Both the position numbers and the translations under genes were made by a program. Shown piece after piece: positions 51,052 through 63,745 of a stretch of DNA of 63,745 nt (the first letter of the stretch is position 1; each line of letters begins with the position of its first letter). The notes beneath the pieces were generated by a model. That model was given only the letters and a program-made list of their open reading frames with translations, ran no database searches and had not been told where the DNA came from. This DNA comes from Octopus bimaculoides (taxonomy: Eukaryota). The stretch is taken from positions 21,635,790-21,699,534 of the forward strand of contig NC_069001.1 of the NCBI RefSeq assembly GCF_001194135.2, given 5' to 3'.

Positions 51052-51370
51052 TTCGAAATTATTTATCCCATTTAAGGTTAAATCCCGTCCCGCTTTCTTT
51101 ATATAGCCAAATCTTACTAGATAAAGACGTACTATTAGGTTTATATATCCTGCCTGTTGAACTTCCATATTTTTTGTCTAGCTGAAGATAGCACTGTATT
51201 TAATTGATGTAATGATTGCATTGTTCAATTAAATGGAACCGCTTCAAACAGTCGTACTGCATTACTACTTGAAATCCTGTTGCTTATTTTGATTTCATTC
51301 ACCTTACTTTGAGTTGTACGGATAATACAGCACTGACTTAGTGCTTTAACTAAAATACCTAATTCAAATG
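50150..51370 (-). mobile_element. Penelope-like element 3' part (RT thumb, linker, GIY-YIG), interrupted by (TTA)n at about 50960-51050
   Basis: IINKHFNNNNKYLEIINIKTIKIGYSLTQNMATII..CQRKSLVYQCTVT..CYLGSAQNEIKKRLTSH..LSKFI*KLKDKNIQYDLKWEIL..KCHLCVSEKVFIL. Confidence 0.8.
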
Positions 51371-51929
51371 AATCTTAATTACTTCTTATATATATACATA
51401 TATATATATATATATGTGTGTGTGTGTATGTGTGTGTACAAATGTCTACACACACACACACACATATAGATATATATACATGTGAGTGTCCCTGTCTGAA
51501 GCCGTGGATTTGTCTGCAAATGTATATAAATAGTGATGCATATTTCTGCGTTTTCCTCAGTGCTATTTTTTTGTAAACGTATCTACGATATGGTTAAGTA
51601 AAGTATATTAGTGTATATTTACATCTGCGTTTTTCGGTATTTTAACTGAATAATCTGAGTCGTTATAAAACTGTCACAACCTTACCTTACATATAAACCC
51701 TGAAATGACATATTTTGGACCTGAAATGTAAGGTGATATATTTCTATTACAAACAAATTCTTATTCTACATTCTAATGCACATATGTTAGATCACCGTGG
51801 CATTCTCTAATTCTTTTCCCGCTCTCTGGTAATATACATTTATATGTGTCTGCGTGCGTTTGTGCACAGGTGCGTGTGCGTGCAAGACTTTGTGTGTATA
51901 ATATATAAAAATATAAATTATATTATATC

Positions 51930-52135
51930 GAGCACGCAGAATCGATAGCACACCGGGCTAAATGCCTAGCGGAATTTCGTTCGTTTTCGCGTTCTGAGTT
52001 CAAATTTCGCCGAGGATGTTGCCTTTCATCCTTTCGAGGTCGATAAATCAACTGCTAGTTGAGCACTGGAGTCGATTTAATCGTCTTAACTTCTTCTCCA
52101 AAATTGCTCGCTTTGTGCCCAAACTTGAAATCAAT
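51930..52135 (+). mobile_element. SINE (Deu/Nin-like family)
   Basis: GCAGAATCGATAGCACACCGGGC..GTTCTGAGTTCAAATTTCGCCGAGG..CCTTTCATCCTTTCGAGGTCGATAAA. Confidence 0.85.
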
Positions 52136-52254
52136 GCATTTTTTTTTTGCCGTAAAATTTATTTTCTCTGCAGTTAAATAAAGAAATGCAAGTTGCAGTT
52201 ACGCACGCGGATTAATCTCTTATGAAATGAAGATGTATTTATATTATTTTTTAT

Positions 52255-52488
52255 CTTTTATGTGTTTCAGTCACTAGACTGCGGCCATGCCGGGGAACCG
52301 ACTTGAAGAACTTTTAGTGGAATGAATTGACCCCGGTATTTATTTTATTTTAAGCCTGGTACTTATTCTATCGAAATTCTTTTTGCCTAACCGTTAAGTT
52401 ACGGTGAGGTAAACAAACCAGCACCGGTTAACAAGCGGTAGCGGGGGGAAAACACAGAAGAAAAGACACACACACATATAAACACACG

Positions 52489-52540
<52 letters not shown>

Positions 52541-52710
52541 ATGCATGTATATAAGACGTACGTCTTTCAGTTTCTGCTTACCGAATCCACTAACAATGCT
52601 TTGGTTGACTCGAAGCTGTAGCAGAAGACTCTTACGAAGCTGCCACGCAGAACCATGTGGTTGTGAACCATGTGGTTGTGAAGCAAACTTCTTACCACAC
52701 AGCCATACCT
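52255..52710 (-). mobile_element. CORE-type SINE, near full length, with an internal (CA)n
   Basis: Reverse complement of the 11235/5750 family; includes a short duplication GAACCATGTGGTTGT x2. Confidence 0.85.
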
Positions 52711-53732
52711 GTGCCTATATATCAAATATTGGACCATTATCTTCAAGGATAGAGTTTAAAAATGACATAGTTAAATAAAGCCAAGTCAGTTCTACATTAA
52801 AGAGAGAAAATAAAAATATTTGAGGCATTTTATTAGAAAAAATGTGAAGGATATTGCTGAAAATATATAGGAAAATAAGAGACCGACGATTTGGCCGGTT
52901 AAATAATACGAAGAATTCATCATAAGAACAAATTATTGAAGTCAGATGTGGAGATCCATGATAGTCGAATTTTTGACAGCTCGAACCAATATATTTGTAA
53001 TGAAAAACAAATTGATTTTATAGATATTGAGTCTGTAACTTCTCTTTTTGCATAAATATTAAATGTGCATAACAAGCGAACTCTTACTTTGATGGTCTAC
53101 TTCAAGTGTATGGTATGTCTATATAAATTTTCGTTTGATAATTTGCTGTGAATAAAGATTCTCTTGTTAATCTTATAGCTTTTTGAGGAATGCTATATAC
53201 CATAATAATCCAGTGATGATAATCAGTATCCGTCCTTCTGTACAGTGTACGGTAGTAGTTTGCTTTAAATGCACTTTCATACATAAAGACAACTACGTTT
53301 GTGTGTGTTTCTGTGCCTATCTATCTATCTCATTACCCACGTATATATATACGAATACATACGCACGCACGCACACACACACACACACAACCCCCCCCCC
53401 ACACATATATATATATATATGTATATATATATACTTCTTATATATAAAGAAGTGTATATACTTCTTTATATATAATAAAAAAGTAATTAATAAATTATTT
53501 TTCATTAATTAAATAATTGACAAATATCCCTTTACTTAATAAATAATAATTTATTAATTACCTCTCTATTTTCTTACTTTATTATAATAAATAGACATAT
53601 ATAAACCACGGTTTATATAGTTACCTTGCAGTTGAGTATTAACTGTAACGTTCAGCTTTCTCTGTATAGGTCACTAACCAGTACTTTCATAGGATTTTGC
53701 TATCCCTGAATGAGGTTTGTAATCAGTATTTG

Positions 53733-53763
<31 letters not shown>

Positions 53764-54040
53764 TTTATTCTGCTGCTTTTAAATAAAGCATATTACTCTA
53801 CCTCTGGTATTTGAGTACTCTTTTTTCCACCTTGTTGTACATTTCATGTGCTTACTCCTGTATATATATATATATATTTAATTATATGTATTTCTTCTAT
53901 CTTAATGAATAAAAATTCTTCGGATAGAATAAATGGGTTAATAGAAACCAATGTAGCAAAGAACACAAAATAACTTTGGTGTAGTTCCTGTTTTTAAGGC
54001 AGGAACTCCTTGAAATTTTGGATATTTGAGTATATTTAAA

Positions 54041-54110
54041 AATTTAAGGAATGGAGAAAACGCATGTTATAATTGCATACNNNNNNNNNNNNNNNNNNNN
54101 NNNNNNNNNN

Positions 54111-54180
<70 letters not shown>

Positions 54181-54660
54181 GCATACATCCACATTTACAC
54201 ATATGCACATACGTACCCATGCGTGGGTACGTATGTGCATATGTGTAAATGTGGACGTATGCATGTATATGTGTGTGTATATATATCTATATATACACAT
54301 ACATATGTGTGTATATATATGTGTATATATATGTATGTATGTGTGTATATGTGTATATGTATTTATGTATGCATGTATGTTTTCACATTTATATGTATGT
54401 GTTGTCCAACCCACTATCCGGTAGCGTCCAATTCTCTAACGGTTTTTTTCAAATGAATCACGTCATAACTTTATCCATCTATTGTTTTCATACTCGGTCA
54501 TAATGTCTTACGTTTAAGATGATTCTCATGCTTTCCCTGATGAGAAGGTTACAATTTTAATATCACAGATGCCTATGGATCACATAGGTTGTAATCCTTT
54601 GAAACATACGTAGGAATAAAGTATGCAATTATAACATGCGTTTTCTCCATTCCTTAAATT
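54041..54660. repeat. Large palindrome interrupted by an assembly gap
   Basis: 54041-54080 is the exact reverse complement of 54621-54660. The inner arms (about 54160-54219 and 54224-54285) pair around a TGCG loop. Confidence 0.8.
54527..54625 (+). ncRNA. Minimal type I hammerhead ribozyme with an intact core
   Basis: CATGCTTTCC-CTGATGA-G AAGG TTACAA..TTGTAA t CCTT T-GAAA-C ATAC G-TA-GGA(ATA)AAGTATG. Stems I, II and III all pair, the triplet is GUA, and the predicted cut is after 54612. Confidence 0.75.
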
Positions 54661-54691
<31 letters not shown>

Positions 54692-55196
54692 AAATTGAGT
54701 GAGTGGGGCAGGTAAAAATCAGGCTGCATATATTTTTCTAGTTGTTCCTCTGATATAATAATTTCCTACAAGTATACATACAAAAAAATATACACGAAAT
54801 GAGAAAAGAATATAAAAATATTAAAAAAAGCAATAAAAATTATGTATAATATGTGTGTGAGTGTGTGTGAGTGTGTACATATTAGAATACAAAAGCACGT
54901 GCAAAAAGAAGAAAAAAAAGAAGAGAAAAAAGAGAAAAAATATATGAAATCTAGAGAAAATAGAAAACATCAAATTAAAAAATTAAAAAAAATGAAATAT
55001 AAAATAAGAAATGACTATCCAAAAAGTTTTATCGTAATTGAGAATGGTGGGGGAAAGATTTAAGTCTGTCAAGAATAATCAAATGGAAAATTTAAGAATG
55101 ATCACTATTCTAATATTCTTTTCACAAGTTGACCTGTGTGGTAAGGCCACCTATTCAGTTCTCACAGGTAAGATGGGTTATATATAAATACAGATA

Positions 55197-55257
<61 letters not shown>

Positions 55258-55672
55258 GGTTGTATACATACATATATAAACACATATATACATATATATA
55301 CACATATGTTTCGTTTTTGGATTTGGTTTGCAAGATTTTTTATGTGATTTCGTGTGTTGAAGCATATTCTGTTGTGTCTGGGGAGAGTTATTTTCTTATT
55401 GTGCCTTAAAATTTAACACACTGACCGGTAAAATTTCCACTTCTTTTTCTTTTTTTTATTTTCCTAAAATTTTCGTTGCATCCTGCAACCTTATCAATAG
55501 TCTTGACTGTCAATAGTCTCCCCAGACACAACAGTATACACATATGCATATATACATATACATAAATACATACATATCCATATATACACATACATACATA
55601 TATGTAGATATATATTTATATATATATTCACATATACACATATACATGCACACTTACACAGATATATACATA

Positions 55673-55749
<77 letters not shown>

Positions 55750-55939
55750 ATATATATATATAATGGATAATAAAACTAATGTTTTACACCTGGTAGCTTA
55801 CTGGTAAAACACGGTCACTTTCAGAGTGATCGTTAGGTAAATAACAAATGAAAGACAGAAGATGGGATATACGAAAATATACTATTAATCACTACAATTG
55901 TTTCGATACATCTGCGCTTCGATGATAGACAGCTTTCCA

Positions 55940-56690
55940 GCCTATATCGGAGAATAATCGGGCCAAAGCCTATGGATAATTTCCAGAAGTCTCTGACATG
56001 GCAGTGTTACCGAGGAGCGTTACCAGTTCGAGAGAAATTCTTTAGGCTGTTCCCTTTCGCCAACATGGCCAAGATGCGTGCAGAGCAGTGAAATTTTTCT
56101 GCACGCAATCATGCAGTGTCCGAGACTTTTGGAGCTATGGATTTATCTCGAACAACTGCTGTCACGACTGGGAAGAATGCAACTGTCAAGCGAGCCTATG
56201 ATTAAAATTGTTCTACCGCCTTCTCTGAATAGGGGAGGACAGGCTTGGTTCCTATGCGTAGTGGCTATAGCGAGAGAAGTTGTGTGGAAGACGCGTTGAA
56301 AGTAATTGTGATAGGCATCTTCATCTCCAGCCTTCGGTTAGTCAACTTTTTTATTTTCCACCTTAGAGGGAAAATGACATTGGAAAGGAGATGCTTGCCA
56401 CCCAGTATGTATGAGAAAAGATGCAAGAACGTTGCTATCATGCTGAGAAAGAATGAACTTGATTCAGTCAGAACATGCAGGTATTACCAAGAGATCCGTG
56501 TTGGAACGTGGTTTGTGGTGCTACCCACGTCCCTCAGTCCATTTTGTTATTGCATTCGATTTTCATACATTTTATCATTAACTTTTAATCAGGTTTCCTT
56601 CATATTGTTATAACATTCGGCCCCTGACTCCTTGTCTGTCCTTGTTTCGTCCTCTCTGTATCTTTCATCGTAATGGTTAATAAAGAATGA
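55940..56690 (+). mobile_element. L1/Tx1-clade LINE 3' end (ORF2 C-terminal Cys/His region and 3' UTR)
   Basis: KSLTWQCYRGALPVREK..(C)PRCVQSSEIFLHAIMQCPRLLELW..VAIAREVVWKTR fits CxxC..H..C, followed by a T-rich UTR with AATAAA. Confidence 0.75.
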
Positions 56691-56910
56691 GGCTTGAAAA
56701 CGGTTACTTGAATATATATATATATATANNNNNNNNNNNNNNNNNNNNNNNNNNNNNNNNNNNNNNNNNNNNNNNNNNNNNNNNNNNNNNNNNNNNNNNN
56801 NNNNNNNNNNNNNNNNNNNNNNNNNNNNNNNNNNNNNNNNNNNNNNNNNNNNNNNNNNNNNNNNNNNNNNNNNNNNNNNNNNNNNNNNNNNNNNNNNNNN
56901 NNNNNNNNNN

Positions 56911-56944
<34 letters not shown>

Positions 56945-56959
56945 AAGATTCCCTTCACT

Positions 56960-57278
56960 CATGAAGGACCATGGGATTGCACCTAGAAAGTTCCCCTCTT
57001 AGGCACATATCCAGGCAAGATTGTTTTTGGAAGACCAACAATCGCCCATGCATACCAGTTTCCCCTCTCCACGCCACCGATGTTATCCAAGGTAAATGCT
57101 AAGACCGATACAGCTTAACACCAGAGATGTTGCAACTCATTTCTACAGATGAGTGAACTGGAGTAACGTGAAATAAAGTGGCTTGCTCAAGAACACAACA
57201 CAGCCCTGTCCGGAAATCGAACTCACTAGCTCATGTTTGTGAGCTTCATGCTCTAAGTACTGAACCATGCGCCTTCAC
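56960..57278 (-). mobile_element. tRNA-derived CORE-type SINE (related to 59130)
   Basis: Minus head GTGAAGGCGCATGGTTCAGTACTTAGAGC..GAGTTCGATTTCC, then TTGTGTTCTTGAGCAAGCCACTTTATTTCACGTT. Confidence 0.85.
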
Positions 57279-57294
57279 ATATATCTTTTATATT

Positions 57295-57770
57295 TTTGAC
57301 TTGTGTCAGTCAATAAACTGCACCCATGTTGGAGCAAAACCTTGAAAAATTTGTAGTGGAATGAATGGAAATCAGTACTTATATTTTGTTAAATCTGGTA
57401 CTTATACTATCGGGTTCGTTAGCCGTACAGCAAAGTTACGAGGACGTAAACGAAACAACACCGGTTCTCAAGTTATAGTGGGTGACAAACACCGACACAA
57501 AGACACACACACATACAAACACACATACATACATACACACATGCACACATATACACACACACATACAAACACACATACATACATACACCCATGCACACAT
57601 ATACACACACATACACACACATACGACGGGCTTGTTTAAATTTCTCTCTACCAAATCCGCTTACACGGCATTAGTCGGCCAGAGGCTATAGTACAAGGCG
57701 CTTGCTCGAAGTACCACGCTGTAGTACTGAACCCAGAACCATGTTGTTGAGAAGCAAGCTTCTTACCACC
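57295..57770 (-). mobile_element. CORE-type SINE, near full length
   Basis: Reverse complement of the 11235/5750 family, with an internal CA-rich tract. Confidence 0.8.
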
Positions 57771-59129
57771 CACCATTCCCCACCCACTCACCCATTCAAC
57801 GGATCAATTTTGAGCTCTATTTAAAGTTGATATATATTCAAAAACTCAACTGTGAGTTTTTTGCTAAGATTGTTAACAGATACTATATTTTTTACCAAAT
57901 TTTNNNNNNNNNNNNNNNNNNNNNNNNNNNNNNNNNNNNNNNNNNNNNNNNNNNNNNNNNNNNNNNNNNNNNNNNNNNNNNNNNNNNNNNNNNNNNNNNN
58001 NNNNNNNNNNNNNNNNNTATATATATATTAATGAAGGTCATAATTTCATTTGCTCGTTAACCCGGAAATTTACCTTACTAAGCCTATCTACCTATAGTCT
58101 CTCAAACAGGCTGTAATCCATGTAATCCAGAGATTGTTGACTGAATGGAATGAGAAAGTCCTTGCATTATATCGATCAACAATTGTTTTATTGAAATTCG
58201 ATCTCATAAATAATGTCATGTTATGCTATAATCTATGCAACAATATATTTATGAGGTCTAGAATACAACTCATTAGAATTATGTATGAAATTTCTTGTAG
58301 ATACTTGAATTATCAGTAAATGTATATTTTTATGTGCGTTATTCCACTTAATAATATTGACAATTTTTATTGGAGATAAATTCATTTTCTTAATTATGAG
58401 TATATCAATTGCTTGCGAAATGTGCAATTGTAATGTTAATAAAGGCGTTTAATTATGTCTTTTTGTCACACGTATGTTCGTTGTTTTCTATTTTAAATTT
58501 TTTTATTTATTTTCCTACAAAGGCAACTGATAACACCAATTGATAATTCGACAACAAAAAATGTCGAACTTAACAAATGTAGAAGTTATATCAAAGCCAC
58601 GAGTGTAAATTTTGCGTTATTCTGACAGTATTTGGTAGGTGTGAATTTTTAATAACACTGTATTTATTATATTCAAGATAATCAATTGCGGCGAATTTTT
58701 TCTTCATAAAACAATGTGTAATAATATCACATTTATAATAAAAATGTACGATAGGGTACGATAGGGCCTCAAAATGGAACAATAAATGTTTATTGGTTAA
58801 ATATACAGACGGGGATAAATGCACAATGTACGGGGAGGAAGAGAGTGAAAGGAAGAAGAGAAGTGGGAGAGATAATGATAGACAAATACTAGGCATTGAA
58901 TAATCTATATTCATCCTCATTGTATGAATTAATGCGTGTACCCCATACTTATGTGTATGTATGTGTATATGTGTGTATGTGTTTGTATGTAAACACACAT
59001 GTGCACACATATATTTACGTTTATATAATCATGCATTAATATATACGTATTTATGTGTGTACGTGTGAGTGAGTCAGTGTGTGTATATGTATAAGCATTA
59101 TGTATATACATTATTTAATGTGTATTTAA

Positions 59130-59450
59130 GGTACGTGGCTTAGTAGTTAGGGCATTCGTCTCACGATCGTAAGGTCGTGAGTTCGATTCCCGGCGACGCG
59201 TTGTGTCCTTGAGCAAGACACTTTATTTCACGTTGCTCTAGTCCACTCAGCTGGCAAAAATGAGTAGTACCTGTATTTCAAAGGGCCGGCCTTGTCACGC
59301 TATGTGTCACGTTGAGGCTCCCTAAGAACTACGTTAGGGGTACACGTGTCTGTGGATTTCTCAGTCACTTGCACGTTAATTTCATGAGCAAGCTGTTCCG
59401 TTGATCGCATCAGCTGGGACCCTCGTCGTCGTAACCGACGGAGTGCTCCA
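59130..59450 (+). mobile_element. tRNA-derived CORE-type SINE
   Basis: GGTACGTGGCTTAGTAGTTAGGG..GAGTTCGATTCCCGG (A/B boxes), then TTGTGTCCTTGAGCAAGACACTTT core; ends in (TA)n. Confidence 0.85.
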
Positions 59451-59649
59451 TGTATATATATATATATATATATATNNNNNNNNNNNNNNNNNNNNNNNNN
59501 NNNNNNNNNNNNNNNNNNNNNNNNNNAATATGTTGTATAGAAATTTGTTATTCTAAATTCAATTTATTCTTCATTTGGGAAATTAATTCTGAATTCATAA
59601 TACAAAACATAAAATAATAATAATAATAATAATAATTGTAATAATAATA

Positions 59650-59703
<54 letters not shown>

Positions 59704-59724
59704 GTAATAATAATAAACGAAAAT

Positions 59725-60960
59725 TCAAAATTTACTACTTTTATGAAGGGAGATAAATTCTATCACACGTTGAAGGAAATTACGTAAACGTTTCTGAGTA
59801 AACAACATTCTTTGTTTTCTTGTCTGGAGCATAGATAAATAAGTCTTGCAAACTACCAACCCTAGACCATGAGAAAAGCAAAGTTCAAGTAAGTGCAAGC
59901 CAGTAAATTCCGAAGGCTGACCTTGAGCTTTAAAAATAGACGTTGCGCAGCAAAGTCGCATTCGGAATTGTCTTCGTTTGAACTCAAATGGCATGTCTGT
60001 TGGTTTGAATGGAATTCTTGGAATGAAAGCCTGTTTCCCAGAGACACATCCAGTGATGATGGTAGTTTCTATCATATTAGGTGATAATGTTTTCACAGTC
60101 AACCTTGTCCCATTGCATAATCTAGGAGGATCTAAATTTCTTAGAAGCATTATTAAGACTCGTTCCTTCAGAAGAAGTTTATGTGGAGGGGTTCCAGGTG
60201 GCTCAAGAGAATTAAGGAACTCTGTTGTTTAATGGACAGCTTGATTTCCATCAAAGATTCAATCAACTAATTTATATTCCTCAATGACTATTGGAATCTT
60301 ATTCATTAATTCGTGTTTAATCCTTGCTACTGTCTCATTTTTTTTGGAGCAAGACTTGCCCTTTCTCATTTATGTGAATTATGATCATTACCTAAGCCTG
60401 AAAGTACCCTGTTCTTCAATTCAGCTCGGGAATTCACCAGGATAACAATATGAGCCAAATTGATATCACCAATCCCATCAAATAGTACTTTCCCATTTCC
60501 TAATTTGAGGAACCAGGTTGAAAACTGTTCTGCACATTGGCCATATGAAAAAAAATGATCACACGAATTTCTGTATTTTATTTAATAGGTGTGAAGACTC
60601 AATGCATGCTTTTATTTCATCAGATCTTGTTTGTCTCGGAATGACTGGTAATGTCTCCTGATAAAACTAATGTAATTCCTCCCATAAATTTATTGTTACT
60701 TTTATGTCCTGTAAGGTCTCATCAAGAGTTTCCATTGCACCTCTATGTGACATGGTGCATTCATCCCAAATGATCAAATGGTTTTGACGCAACACTTCTT
60801 CTGAACCTGAACCTTTGCTTAAGTTACAAATTGTACTGTCATTTGTGACCAGGTTTAGCGGTAATTTAAAAGCAGAATGAGCTGGTTGTCCTCCTACTCA
60901 ACAAACGCTTCTTTGAAAATCGCGGCTTTGTCTTAAATGTTTTTACTGACGCCAAGAATT
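59725..60960 (-). mobile_element. Helitron PIF1-type helicase fragment (pseudogene)
   Basis: HLIIWDECTMSHRGAMETLDETLQDI (motif II), [62 protein letters not shown], with frameshifts and stops. Confidence 0.9.
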
Positions 60961-61529
60961 CTTATATTTCTCTTTAAGAAGACAATATATATTTGCGCAT
61001 GTGAATATATGCCGTGCATTAAATACTATCTCAGTTTACAAATTCTACATCTCCGACTTGGTGAACACCAATGAAAATGTAAGTCGGACTAGAAGAATGG
61101 TAATGGTAATGGCAATAGAATATGTGTTTGTCTCGACTTAACCCTGAGGATAAAGTGAAGGTGTCTATAGTGAACACCTGTGCATGGTTGACTCAAATAT
61201 TTGTAGAACACGATCGCGTTTACCAGTTTTGGCAATTTTGGGCACTGAATTTCAGTAAGTCTATGAAAATGAATCTGATTTCAAGATAAAATCTTTGAGG
61301 TAGCAGTCATCCAAAAGTAAGGGAAATTTAGAAAAGATGAATTGTATTCAACATCGGTTGTGAAATTGTCCATCGTATGATACTCTCATCATTCTTATTG
61401 TAGTGTATCAATACTTAGCTATTGGTTTCCTCAACATCTTTGTTATGAGTTGCTTGTGCCAAAGACTTGTTTGCTATCTGTGAACCATTTTTATCATAAA
61501 ATAATTGATGTTAAAAATGCTCTTTATTT

Positions 61530-61790
61530 TTAGCAATGACGTGCTCAATTGGCAGTTTGATATTTCTGTGTGCATCAATATCCTGCCTCACGTCACTTTA
61601 GGCAAACGGAGTATCAAGTCACAACAAGCACAACAAATTTTCCACGAAATAGAACATGATTCTATATTTTCTTGAAGAAAACGCTTTACTGCTTTAAATA
61701 ATACATAACACAAAATGTTTGGAGACCAATTTCCAAACAGAGCAGCTGAATTTCGGATATGGTCTGTAAGTACAATTAAACTCAATTCGA
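61530..61790 (-). pseudogene. Possible hAT C-terminal dimerisation-domain relic
   Basis: YPKFSCSVWKLVS..SSKAFSS.K..ENLLCLL..DID loosely follows the YPxL..ERxFS.LK..ERL..L pattern. Confidence 0.3.
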
Positions 61791-62032
61791 TAAACTAGTG
61801 TGATATATATATTTTTTGTCTTTTGATCTCTAAAACTGTAATTGAGCTGTTGTTTACCATTTGAAAAGAATAAGGGATTTTGATCTACCCTGAACATTGG
61901 ATGCATTTTAGCATTGTTGTAAACAAATAAATTTCTTCAGAAACTAGAGGGTCATCGACGAAAACTATCTTAGGGTGAGATTCTAATAATTAATCGACAA
62001 TGTAAAAGAATTTCTCCTCTCATACAATCATC

Positions 62033-62077
62033 AACACCACCACCATCTCACCATCACTGCCACAGCCACCACCACCA

Positions 62078-62109
<32 letters not shown>

Positions 62110-62130
62110 ACCACCACCTTCGTCGTCGTT
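62033..62130. repeat. Compound (CAC)n/(CGC)n trinucleotide microsatellite
   Basis: Seen directly in the sequence. Confidence 0.95.
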
Positions 62131-63745
62131 ATATTAATTTTGTCCTGATTCAATGCACATTTAACCATGCATTGAAACATTCTCAATTGCACTTGCTTCT
62201 TGAACTTAAGAAAACAATGGAAGCGTTTAAAAATTTGAAACATCTTCCTAAGTTTATTTGTAAAACTGTAGAGTAGTTGACTCAGCTGATATTAAAGAGA
62301 AACACCTTGATCTTGAAGGGAATTCTCTTCAATCAGTTGCTATTTATTCTTGGTCTAAAATTGAAGTAGATTAGCCAAGTCGTACTACAACAGTATGATT
62401 ACAAATGCATCAGTCAAATTGCAGCAGAGAATGTGTAGGATACACTGCATTCTCGTGCACAACATTATCATACATAGCATCACTTTAAATGAGATACCAT
62501 ATGTAACACGAGTCACAGTTTAATTATAATACTTTTCTCAACATGAGGTAATACTATTAATCACTGTTGTGAAACTACGGTATCTTTTAAACTGCTTATG
62601 CAACTACGCAGAATAGTGATGAGGGGATGCGAGATAAATGAACGCCCACACTTTGACGGAAATATTCTTTGAACTGCATTTTGTTCTGCATTTCCCGACT
62701 GCACTGCTTTTCATGCTTTTCTTAACAATCAGTCACAATTCGTACTGGAAAATATTGTCTCTGCAAACTGAACCAAATAATCCTTCTGATAGTTTCTTAT
62801 ACTTCAATATATTTTGCATCACAGCGTTGAGCATTTACTTGAGTTCAGATTATTGGCTATCAACATTATATGAACTACCAATCTGAGTGCTTCAGCAAGT
62901 TTAAATACATATTTGAATAAAATCATTATGAATATCACTGCAGATTAAAATTTCAAGACGTATTGAATATCTTTCGAAAATATGGATTGATGTCGTAACA
63001 TGATAGTTGTTATGAGTAACTGTATATTAGTGTGTACGCTGGACTTTCTCGTCTCTGGTTTCTATCTATCTATATGTGTATATTAGTCAATCTGTGTGTC
63101 TGTGTGTCTGTCTATTTGTTTGTTTGTCTGTCTATCAATGTAATACATATAGAGAGAGTGTGTGAGAAGGAGAGAAAAGGAGAGGAAGAAAAAGTAGCTA
63201 GATAGATAGCAGGAAAGATGGTTTGTAACTTAGAGGAACATAGATAAAAAAATACACGACTAAAACGAAATCAGCTTAAGAGACAGGTAATAGAGAAACT
63301 AACCAATAATCCAGACAGACACAACGTTTCAGAAATGGCGTATAAATATAAAACTGATCATGGAATGGAAAAATTTGAACAGGAAAAGGAACTCAGTTAG
63401 GAAAAACAAATGAAAAAATTTCAGATAATACTATTTAACTAAGAGAGAAACAGATTAGAAGTGCATGAAAAAACAGTTAAAGAAATACCGAAGATACAAC
63501 GTGATGAGATGCAGATTACCTGAAAATTTAAGATATATTGATCATTACACATTCAAACAAGCCCACAGATATAAACAGACGCAGAGCTGTAAACTTTAAG
63601 AAGAATAATAAATTCGAACACTTACACAAACCAATAGTTCTTCGATATTTTCAATGTAAATATATATACATACAGGCATACATACCTACATACGTACGTA
63701 CATACATACACACATACATACATATATATATATATAAATATATAT

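Noticed and set aside
53085-53290. ORF YYRTLYRRTDTDY.. or a possible exon ending at a GTAAGA donor
   Set aside because: Only vague resemblance to a PLE RT thumb, and the candidate exon has stops in all frames.
985-58060. Many long ORFs in the track containing X runs or [16 protein letters not shown] repeats
   Set aside because: They are read-throughs of N-gaps and microsatellites, not genes.
59130-59200. tRNA-like sequences here and at 11860-11934, 11235-11300 and 57200-57278
   Set aside because: They run into SINE core sequence and lack a clean acceptor stem, so they are SINE heads rather than tRNA genes.

Overview
AT-rich, gap-ridden eukaryotic genomic DNA made almost entirely of microsatellites and decayed mobile elements. 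The tRNA-headed SINE families and the repeat landscape point to an octopus genome (inference from recalled repeat sequences, not a search). I could not support any host protein-coding exon, true tRNA/rRNA gene or CRISPR array, and most supplied ORFs are artefacts of N-gaps or microsatellites. Recognisable elements are several Penelope-like retroelement (PLE) relics (RT and GIY-YIG), a near-complete but pseudogenised Chapaev3-type transposase, RTE and L1/Tx1 LINE fragments, a Helitron PIF1 helicase fragment, MITE-like inverted repeats and about 20 SINE copies. The most interesting signal is RNA-structural: a series of minimal type I hammerhead ribozyme (HHR) motifs. Some lie downstream of PLE ORFs, as expected. 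Four others belong to a ~340-bp non-coding interspersed repeat whose HHR core carries the compensated U3:A8 variant (UUGACAA instead of CUGANGA) and a palindromic stem III, making it a candidate retrozyme-like family. All structures were folded by eye and all coordinates of decayed elements are approximate.
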